From contig OZ210885.1 in NCBI GenBank assembly GCA_964658305.1, forward strand, positions 17,360,001 to 17,424,000: DNA of 64,000 nt. The letters run 5' to 3'. Of the stretch, positions 38,701 to 49,563 are shown in pieces (position 1 is the stretch's first letter; every line of letters starts with the position of its first letter). The DNA is from Leptogorgia sarmentosa (taxonomy: Eukaryota). The translations under genes and the position numbers were made by a program. Below the pieces are notes generated by a model, which saw only the letters and a list, made by a program, of their open reading frames with translations, did no database searches and was not told the origin of the DNA.

Positions 38701-39754
38701 TTGCCTCTCTGTCTGTATCAGACGCTTCATTCTTCTCTCTTGGTGGTTGCTCATCCTTTGGATTGCAGTTTGATATCCATTCTTTGACTGAAAATCCACC
38801 GGTTGCCAAGACTTCATCTATCTCATGGGTTAGCTTCCTGGCTTCGTCGTTCGTTTTCACAGATTCGCATATATCGTCCATATAAGTGTTGTGTTTCAGA
38901 ACATCTGCGGCTTCCGGATGCACATCAGCCGATTCTTCTGCGGTCTTTCTCAGGGCTACTTGGGCCATCGCCGGAGCTGGCTTGTCCCCAAATGTTAATA
39001 CTCTTTTCACATACGTATCAGGATCACGCTCAGGGTCCAAATTTCTCCAGAGAAATCTGTGCACCTGTTGGTCAACTTCCGGTATTAAAATACGGTGGTA
39101 CATCTTTGAGATATCTCCTAGCACAGCTGCTTGACATTCACGGAACCGAAGTAGAACTCCGAACAGGTCATTTAGAAGGTCAGGCCCCTTCATCCAATAG
39201 TCGTTTAGCTTATGTCCTCGATAGACTGCGGAAGAGTTAAATACAATTCTTAGCGGTGTACTTTTGCTTTCGGGTCGCAGAACTTCGTGATGTGATATGT
39301 AGTGGATGGGACCAGTATACGTTTCCAGCTCTTCTTTGGAGAGTTTTCTCGAAAAACCAAGGTCGTTCATGCGGATCATTTCTTTATCATACGCCTTCGC
39401 GTTCTCTGTATTGGTTAAAAGTCGTCGTTCCGTTGCTACTAGCTTCTTCTCGGCTTGGTCTCGGTTGTCTGGTAATTCGCTTGGATCTTTTCTCCATGGA
39501 TACGGTATAAGCCACTGTCCGTTTAATTTTTCACAAGAATTCTCAATAATCTTCGCTTCTTTTCTTTCGATGGGGCTTAACTTTTCGGGCTCACATGAAC
39601 ACGGTTTTATGGACACTCCCATGGACTTAGCCTGCTCGCAGCCCGAAATTCCACGATAATTACGGTCTGCTGAACTGCGCACGTAATCGTGTTCAATGAC
39701 GTCATTAGGTATGCATATATTATGAACTTTTATAATTTATTATTGGAATGTTGG

Positions 39755-42700
39755 ATGGCGGAAATCGAACATTTTGAAAACACTCCAAATTGTATTTTGT
39801 GCTGGCGTTTAATAAATAAAACAAACGAACGATACGTGGTATCGGGAAGACGGTCGAAATTCGACATTAAAGGAGCGTTGCAAGACCTGCCAATAAATAT
39901 TGACGCATTTTCTGAGCACATTTGCCGCCATTGTGTGGACAAACTGAAAAAACGATGTAACCTTCTCAGGCAGGAAAAAGAAACAGTGACCGATCTCGTG
40001 GCAACCTACGAAAGAGGCAAACAAACTCGAACTAGATCAAGTCATATTTCTGAAGAAGAGCCTAGTGTAAAGCGGCCGTGTATCGCCGCAGAAAACGTAT
40101 CGATTTCACCGCAGAATGAACGGGAAAATCCAAGAAATGCCGTTACAGTGATACTGCCATCACAAACTCCACCACAACTACAAGACAAAGAAGAGTCTTC
40201 CAAAACCTTTGTAAGTGTTAAGGTGACATGGCCAAGCAGAACATCTCAGAAAGAACTGCAGCCAGACTTAGAATCCTTGGGGAAAATGCTCGTCCGTGGA
40301 ACGTACAAGCAAATAGCAAATGCAGCATGGAAAAACAAGCATATCCGAAAGCATCTTGTTATTAATGTTATGAAAGACATTGACAATGAATGCATAGGTC
40401 TTTGTTCAAAAAGTAATCCGAGTTGCCTTCGGTCGCCTACAAAAGAGAAATTGCTCAATTTTTCTTTCGCTAAGCAAAAAGCTGAGCTGCAAAACAGAGC
40501 TCCATTGTTGATGTCGGTGCTGGTGGCTGCTGCTTCGTGTAAGACGAAAAGAGATGAAAAGGACTTTATTCCTGCTCTTGGTGTGGCCTCAGCGGTACTA
40601 TTAAGGAACAGATCGCCTTACATGAATGCAGTTCAGATAATGTTGGGGATGTTTTTGTACCACTCCAACTGGACAGTAAGTCAGCATTCTAAATTTTACA
40701 AACGAAATTAATTACGAATATGACAAACCGAAGATTTTCTATTTAGGGGGGGAGGCATGTTCAATTTTCTTAAGGGGTCGTTTATTAACTTTTGAGAGTG
40801 GGGAAACTTTGTTTTTTTTGTTGTTTTGATGACATGGAATGGGACGTACAATATCTTAAACATAGGAATATATTTAAAAAATACTCTATGGTCTACCAGA
40901 GGATAAGGCAGGGTGCCTAAATAAAATAGAATGGTGGTTTTTCATGTCATGGAACTTTCACAAATACTCCTGCATTAGGATAGTAAAGGTGCAGTGCACC
41001 CTACTGTGAGTGCATTAATATTTTCCAGGGCTTTGTGCAATTCTAAATACTATGTAAGTACTTTTGTCGAACAACCAAAACATTTATATAAACAAACAAA
41101 CCAACCACACTGATTTATGTAGACAAGCTACAGTATATCTTTCTCAACTGACAATTTTTGTGTTTTTCAACAGCCAATTATGTCACGGTTGTCGAAGCTG
41201 AGATTGGTTACCTCACCTAACCACCTATACAAGAAGCTTGAAGAGTTTGGTGAAAATCATGATGCAAATGTCAAGGAAATGGTTGAACAAAATTCAAAAT
41301 ACCTAGCTAATTCAACAACTGATACAAAGCCATCAGCTGGGTTTAAATTGACCATTGACAATGTTGACTATCGACAGAGCACACACTATATGACTGAAGA
41401 GCACCAAAACATTGATAAACATTATGTTTCTATTAATGCTACTACTAACAGGGTTTCGTCAAGTCATCTAAGTGATAAAGTTCAAACAGATGGTATCAAT
41501 CATATGGAAAATGGGAATTGCATTCCCAGTCACACAGAGCAGAAGCTACAAAGAGACAACTATGTCACGCTTGTGCAACGTGTTCTTGTTGAGCACATCC
41601 CATGTCTTAGTATTTTCAAGGACATTGTGCAGAAACACATACCCCACAAGTACCATAAAGAGACATCTAAACCAACAGAGTCGGTAAGTTTTAAAAATAC
41701 AATACATTAAATATAATGTATACAGTATATATATATATAGAATATTAACTGCCTTTATGGGCATACAGTAGTCTTAGATCACAATACAAATCAAATGAAA
41801 TTACACTGGAATTATTATAATTGCAAGGCCATTGCAGTTCAAATGGACAAAATAAGAAAGAGATTTTTACACCTTCAGAACAGGAAAAATGTAAAATGAA
41901 AGAGTCAACAAATCTGTTCTCTCTATAATAACCAAGAACAAGTTATCTTAAAAGGGTTTCAGAAAGTGAATATCCTCAGTAGGACGACATACCACCACTG
42001 TTCTATGAGACAGCAGGCACAGAAGTTGTGAACTTCTAAAAAATATAATAAAGATTTCACTCATTAGTAAGGTCACCTCCATTTTACTTTTTAGCATTTT
42101 TTTAAACAACAGTATACTGTACTATGCTGTATGCACCCAAATTTATTCATTTACTAATTTAGGGCTGTGAGTGGATTATGAAACCACATAACGTCTACAT
42201 GTACAACTACCCCTGTACACTAAATCTAAAATCTCTTTATTGTTTAGACATTTCTTGGAGTTATCTATGAAAATGAAAATGATGTGAATGGTATCACAAA
42301 AATTTTGAAAAGCCTTCACCAGTATGTTTCATTTGTTGGCGATGGAGAGGAACGTGAATATGCAGAACAACCAATAGTAGGTGACCAACTTACAGTTCAG
42401 CGTGCTGTAAATGCACATACAACCCTATGCAATGGATTTACGCCAGAAGAGCGGCTAGAAGGCTTACATTTTGAAGTGGCTGACTGGCATGCAGGAAATA
42501 AAGCTATAAGTGTAAGTAGAGTGGCATTAGTAAAAAAATAAGTACATTGGGCTTTAGCTTGATTGAATGTGATTGTCACAGGCAAGATACTACAGGTAAG
42601 TAAGACTAAGTAAGATCACAGTACTGTGTCAGACTACTCCTGAATATAAACTTCTTCCCATAATTGTTAGTTTTAAATTATTCATATAGGTAGCCTTTTC

Positions 42701-43880
42701 AAATTTGTATCATGCAGCTTCAGCAGCAGATAAGTGCACTCTCTACAGTGACAGAAACTTGATCAACAGACGCAATGTTAAAAGTGATGTTGACTCTGCA
42801 GTAAATCCCGCAAGGCGTTTCTTTGCCCTAGAAATTGAGGCAAGAATTGTGGCAGCCACAATGGTCGAACTCGGAATGGAGGAATTTGATGCAACTCCTG
42901 TGCACAACCCACCACCAATCAACTGCACTAGGAAAGAGAGGGAAGATTACTTACACAGATTGTCATCCACCATTGTTGATAATTACATCTTGGATAGTGA
43001 GAAGCACAAGACAATTATTGCAGCTGCTCATCAACTACAGGAACAACAATTGAAAAGTCTTCAGGATAAGACAGCTGATGGCAGGTATAAGTGCCGTTTC
43101 CCGGGTTGTACAAAGTCTTTCAGTTCTGATGGGAAATGGAGAGAAATACACGAGCAGTGCCATGATCCACCAGTGTGTGTTAAAGAGCAGTCAATGGTAG
43201 TTGAGTTAGATGGTGAATATGTGATGGATGACATGTACAACTACCAGAAGGCATTATTGGATATTGGTATGGTGATCACAAATTTTTTAGATGCAATCTC
43301 TGAGGGTGATGGAGAAAGGCTATTTAGATGCTGGAAGTTTCTTCTCCTGTTCTTCCGCAATGACAAAGGTAGTCAGAAATATGCCCTAGAAGCCCTTTAC
43401 CTGATTTTCCAAGTACATGCTCTACTGAGTCCCAAGGCAGCACATGACTTGATATGGAACAGATTCTCCAAGAAGAAGCAGTCTGTTGGTGGAAACATCC
43501 CTCTTGATTTGGCACTCGAATTCCTAAACAGAATTTTTAAAGATGCAGTGAAAAATCTTGGTCCAAATGCCAACCAGAGATCTATCAGTAGGATATGCAA
43601 TGCCATGGGTGTCACAAAGCAGTTAACAGAGAACTTTGACAACTACATGACACAATGCAAACGGTCAGGAAAACACGTGCATGGATCCCAAGAAGGTGAT
43701 TTAAGAAAAGTAGTATTGGAACTCATAAACCAGAAAGCACTTGTTAAAATGCCAGGCCGATCATACAGTTTTTACACTGGAATAAAACCCTCACTTTTAC
43801 ATGGGTTCAATATACACACATTTTATCGTTGGATTACTGATCACAAGAAAAACATGATCTTGCAAAGAAAAGCTAGATAG
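39755..43880 (+). CDS. AcademH transposase, 4 exons (39755-40675, 41174-41683, 42248-42511, 42690-43880), 961 aa
   Basis: All three introns are GT-AG, phase 0, and the joined frame is open. N-terminal CxxC..CxxC, acidic motifs IDNVD, VGDQLT, DLALEFLN, inserted C2H2 finger CRFPGC..HEQCH. Confidence 0.88.
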
Positions 43881-43996
43881 TTATCATTTGTGTACTATTT
43901 AATTTTGATTGGCATTTGGCTTGGATCCAAATTTACCTTGTTAAAATAGAAGTATAATATTATAATGTATTTAATTCTTGTTGTTACTGTACCTTT

Positions 43997-46146
43997 TTAA
44001 TGTTCATGAAGTGCAGTGAAATTTTCAAAGAAACCATCATCCCCAGGTGTGCTAGACTCAGTTGATGTCTGTGTTAATGTCTCCAGTTCTTGACTGTCAA
44101 TGTAACTGCATTGACTTCTGCAATCATTTTTCAGCTCCTCCCACTCCATTTCAACATTAATATTATTTTCTGCAGGTGATGACACTTCATGTGTTATGGC
44201 AATATCACCAAAAACTTGTGCAATAGAGTCTAAAATAGCAATAGCATGGCTTTTTCTCCAAATTTCTACATTTTCTAGAACATCTTCAATTGTGAAGAGC
44301 ATGTGACATGTTTGTTCAACTTGCAAAATTTGTACCCAACCAAACTCTAAAAAGATATTTTGCACACCAACTGTTGACACAACATTAACTGCCTCTTGTT
44401 CTATTAATTTTTTCTTGTATAGTATAAGCAGTTCTTTGAGCTTCTCTTTGTCTGTGGAAGTCACTGATCGAAAAACATGTGATTTTTCTGCAGGTTTCAC
44501 TCCCACATGGTTACTGATCACTGGTTTTACCACACATTCCAAATCTCCACATTTGCATTTGGCCGCACAAACATCACAACAATCATGAAGTACTCCAGCA
44601 TATTGTTTGGGAGCACCACCAAATTCGGCTATAATCATTGCCCGTAAACACATAAGGTTTCCATTCTTCAGGTACCTTTTCATACTTTGGGAACAGTGAG
44701 TAGAAAGAAGACCATTATATAGAATAATACAATCACTATGTTTCCCATCTCTCCCAGCTCGCCCAGCTTCTTGGACATATGATTCCAGACTTTTGGCAGG
44801 ACCAAAGTGAATCACACGATGAACGGATTTACAATTCACACCCATACCAAAAGCAATGGTACATATCAAGATACGTATATGACCTTTCTCACATCCCAGG
44901 TCATTAAGCACATGTTCTTTAACAGATTCTGGTGAGCCTGCATGGAACATTTCCACTAGTCTGTTATCAGGTTTCTTTTCACCATGGTAAAACCTCCTCT
45001 TTAAATTTACCTCAAACATTCTAAATAGTACTCCACATCGTTTGCGTGTTTGGCAGTAAATTATGGTACGCTTTGTTTCCACCCCTTCTTCATGTAATTC
45101 ATAAATGAGCTTACCTAGAATGACTTCTAGGGGCATATCCTTGTCTATGTACTGTACACTGTAGCGCAAATTGTGTCGGTCTGGACTTTTCCGGATGGTA
45201 TACATATTCTGAGGCAGATGTAAACACTCAAAGATGTGCTCAGTTGTAGAATCTGTTGCTGTGGCTGTGAAAACCATAAACCCTGCTGTGGAAGGTACAA
45301 GTGATCTTAGTTCTCCCAAATTACCATACCAATGGCGAAATGGTATGGCCTGTGTTCCTCCACATTTGATTCCCCTATTAAATGTAAATAGACAGTAACT
45401 GTTAGTAGTTGCATAAACAATGCACATACTTGTAAATAATGTGGATGAAGAAGTGCATGTCACTGAACTAGTAGAGGTTAGGTATGCATTGGTTTTATAA
45501 TTAGGCCCTGGGATCATATAAACAGGCCCTGGCTTGTGGAGGCTACAAACACACACACATAATTTTGACAAATGGTCAAAAAGTCAGTTAACCAATGACA
45601 TAATATTGTTTCTTTGTCCCAAGATTTGCTGTAAAATACTCACCATTGTTGAATACAGTGGGCTTCGTCAACGGCTACTCCAATTAGCTTGCTACAGAAC
45701 ATTTTCGAAGCAAATATTGCTCTCCATTTCTCAGTCGCGAGAAGACATTCTGGAGACGCGAATACATGCGAATATTTCCCATGTATGACTTCTTGTACCA
45801 GGTTCTCTTCACATTCGTCAGAAATGCAAGCCGCACGTATGCCCAGTCTAGTTAAGAACGAAACTTGTTCGGCCATGAGCGACTTGAGAGGGGAAATGAT
45901 TACGATGATGCTTGTACCAATCGGTTGGATCGAAAGGATGTCATGGAATATTGGAGCTGCCTGATATATCATGGACTTTCCAAATGATGTGGGCAAATTG
46001 ACATAGACATGTTGTCCCGAAAAAAATTTATCCAGTGCTTGCAATTGCTCGGGATAAAGTTTCGCTACTTTAAACGCTGAGCACGTTGTTGATATAGCGT
46101 TTAGCCACCGTTCGTTTGAATAACTAGTCTTCGCAAATGCGGCCAT
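43997..46146 (-). CDS. RecQ-like SF2 helicase of AcademH, 2 exons (46146-45644, 45374-43997), 626 aa
   Basis: LPTSFGKS (I), DEAH (II), TAT (III), TIAFGMGVN (V), [10 protein letters not shown] (VI), RQC-like CLR..CCDVC. The phase-2 intron rejoins QQW-GIK. Confidence 0.92.
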
Positions 46147-49100
46147 GTTTTCTTTAGAATTAAATGCAAAATTAATTCCAAATAACAAGCCAATCATAAC
46201 GCTTAATAAAACGCTTTCATTGTTGAACCAATCAGACAGAACTACTTATTTTGGCGTGAGTAATGACGTCATTGAACACGATTACGTGCGCAGTTCAGCA
46301 GACCGTAATTATCGTGGAATTTCGGGCTGCGAGCAGGCTACCATGGACTCTGTGGACCAAAACTCGCTCATATCAACAGGTGCAGCAAACGCAACATGGT
46401 TCACTCTGCTGGTTCTCAACTGCTCGCCAGGTGTTGCTCCAAAAATCACCCAACCCAAGGGGGAATGTCGTGCTACCAGGTCCCTGATTCTCTTGTTTCA
46501 CCGGTGTGAAGCTTCGCTTGGTCGATCCCAACTAACAGATCTGTGTCACCAGTTCCTCTCCGGATATCGCCTCTTGACAATCCGAACCATTTGACCAAGT
46601 CATCTGATTTCACAAAGGAGTTTTCTTCACTTAGGGAAGGAATTCCAACAGCTTCAATTTGGTGGTAAGAATGGTCTTCTAACGACTGAATTGTAACGCG
46701 ATATACTTTCGTGTGCAATTCCTCTTCTTGGCATCCGACCTTTATAAGATTCACAACAACGTCTTTTCCCTTTAGTTTTAAATCTTTGGCCACTGAGGTT
46801 TTGATCAAGCTAATCTGAGCGCCGGAATCCAGCAATACGTTTCCTCTTTTTCTTAGACCATTTGATCCAAGGACATTCGCTTGCACAATGGGAAGCATTG
46901 CTGCCTTTTCTGCTGTAAATGCCCCAATGGTTGCTGCAGGATTTGAGCTTGCTTCATGAAGTAACTGGTGATGGAAGTATTTACACTGGTTACCGTTCAC
47001 TTTCTCTGGGCATTGACGTCGTCTTGAACAATTCGCTGACTTGTGGTCTCTACCTGCACGCTTCAGACAACTGTAACAAGCGTGATTATCTTTAACGGCC
47101 TGAAAGCGTTCCTTGGCATTCATAGCAGCGAAGGTTCGGCACTGATCAACGAAATGGTTAAAACTCTTGCAAACCCAACACTTAGGATTATTTCCTGACA
47201 CATTAGCATTGAAACTTCCAACGGGATGTCTTGACTGCATGCTTCTCAGGGGTGCAATGGCTCTCATTCTCGTTTTCATTTCCGTAGTCATCCATGTGAT
47301 CAGATTCTCTAGGGTCGCATCTTTCCGGCTTGTTTCCAAATAACGTGACCAGATCTTTCTATCATTCACATGCAACTTCTGCTCGATTATTGCGATCATG
47401 TGGTTATTGTCCATGTCGAACTGCCTGTTCACTTCCTTGAGGGTATTGTAGCTTCTTCTAACAAGCTGAGCTAGATCACAAAATCTGGAGTCTTCATCTT
47501 CACGAAGTGGCTTGAACTTGGAAATGTCATGGCTAACAGTATCTGCGATAAACCTCGGGTCTCTGTATATTGCGTCAAGGTGCTCCCATGCAGCGTCGTA
47601 GTCGCTTCCTATTCCCTTTATCAAGTCCAAAGGTCTTCCGCTCAGACTTGCCCGTAACAAAGAAATTGCGTCTCTTTTGCTGAATCGTAGGTCTACGGCA
47701 TGTTTAAAATCTGCTCGGAATATTACGTAATCTCGAACGTCTCCGCTAAATCGTGGCATCTTGGGTTTTTCCATCTTGAATCCACAGGTTGCAGTCCCCG
47801 ATGCACTCGTACTTGCTTGCGCGCGGTTGTTATCGCGATTTTCTCCTTCATTAAGTGTATTTATTACTTGCTGCAGTTCGTCTTCCGTAGTTTCTTCGAC
47901 CGTTTCCGGCTGTCCATTTCCTGTTTGACCTTCACTTCTGCTATTTCCATCATTTACTTCCGTTTCCTCGATTACTTCCGGTTGTTCTCCACTTCCGCCC
48001 ATAGCATGCGGTTTGTTTTCTTGTATTTTTCTAATATAATCGTTCGTTGTTATTTTGAGTTGAATATACGCATCTTGACTTTCATCTAACCACCTTTCTT
48101 CTCCTTCAAAAGCCTCTTCCTCTTCAATATGTTACACGTACTCTTCATGTTTAGTTATCAAATTATCATAAGCATGCTTGAACTTTTGAAACGCCTCAGT
48201 TATTTCTTCAAGGGGTCTTTCACTTTGCATTTTTATTATTAACGTTTTACTGGAACGGGTTAGCAGAGCCTTAGCACCTCTACGCTTCAATTTCGCTTGG
48301 GATAAAGCCTCAGTTTCAGACATGGTTAGCTCTTTAACTTCTGGATAGCACAATCTTATTTTAACTACGTATTTCGTACGGACACCAAGGTTAGCAGAGA
48401 AATCGAATCTGTGGTCCGATCAAATCATCAATCCGCCCAATCGTATATTTTTATTGTTTTTATTCTATCTAAAATTTAATATATTTACAAATTACTAATC
48501 TAATAATGAATTAACCCTATCTTTAATATGAATTTACTTACTTCTTAGCGGATTATCACCTTAATTCTTGCTTTACTTTCTTGTTGTGTCCCTTGCCACG
48601 TTAAACTCATGCGGTCATACATGCACATTTTTTACTTAATGTCAATCAAAGTTAGTTATTAATTATTATGCAATGTCCCATAATATCAAACAAATAATCA
48701 AAACAAGGATGTTTGTGGCAAGGCAAAAATATATATTAGGCCTCTTCAAAGAAACATCCCTCTTGAGAACCTGATCCAGTGCCCCCCATATTTCTATTTT
48801 ATAATCCTAACCCAGCATTGATCTTAATTGGAAATTATTAAACTATTAGGCAAATTGGGGTGAACCTGTTGTTTTATGCTATACTTGTGGTCAAGTTGTC
48901 CATATGGCGAAAATGAAAGAGCATCAAAAAACACACTCTAGTAAAGTGCCTGTTTCTCCAGAAGCTAAGGTATGTATAAAGGTGTCATGTGCAATCACAC
49001 AAATTATCTGAAAATTAAAGGACCTATATGAACAATTTCACTAATGAAAGATTAATTTTTAGAAAAAGAAAATTTCAAATGCCTTTTCCAGGTTAGTATG

Positions 49101-49563
49101 TAGGATTGAAATGGGTTTTTTTTGCTTTCAATTGTGATTGTAATTTTCAGTAGAGTGTCTGATACTGAAAGATCATATCTGCATTGTTTTATTTAAATGC
49201 TATTTTTTTAAAATTTCATTAGTGATTCAGAGACTGAGATAAATGATAATGGTCCTGACGACATTACGAAGTATTCCCCAACACGAGTATATCAAACATC
49301 CAACTTGTACTGAATGAGTGCAATAATGATGCAAGCAAAACTGGCCAAAAACTTTTAGCTAAAACAGATGTAACTTGATGTTGGTGGTGTTCGGTGCTTT
49401 CAGGGATGTTACGAGTGCGGGGAGGGGTGACATGCCGAACACTTTTTTAAATTGAATTTATTACGTATTAGTAAAATTTGAATCTACATGGTATGGTATA
49501 CTAGAAATGACTGTTTTATCAGTCAAAGTCTGGGGTTGGTTGTTGTAGCCTGTTTAGGTTAAA

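Larger units (their letters stand above)
39628..46340. mobile_element. AcademH DNA transposon, apparently autonomous
   Basis: Perfect 80-bp TIRs 39628-39707 / 46261-46340 with TAG..CTA termini and 9-bp TSD CCATGGACT (39619-39627 / 46341-46349). Convergent transposase and RecQ helicase genes. Confidence 0.96.
36022..48705 (-). mobile_element. BEL/Pao LTR retrotransposon (frameshifted) split by AcademH
   Basis: 294-bp LTRs 36022-36315 and 48412-48705, perfect TSD AGGAT, PPT GGGGCGGAGGG. Gag/protease 46473..48353 (LLDSGAQ), RT/RH 37454..39627 (YMDD, TFSDAS), integrase 36351..37487. Confidence 0.95.

Noticed and set aside
1406..39659. Numerous short ORFs antisense to retroelement pol genes
   Set aside because: Shadow ORFs with no recognisable motifs.
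37454..39682. ORF beginning MRSSADRNYRGISGCEQA, as if a novel N-terminus on BEL RT (also 46145..46594)
   Set aside because: These residues are the AcademH TIR read outward, so this is an insertion artefact.
43997..46146. Host RecQ/WRN/BLM gene
   Set aside because: It lies inside TIRs with a 9-bp TSD, paired with an Academ transposase, and lacks host accessory domains.
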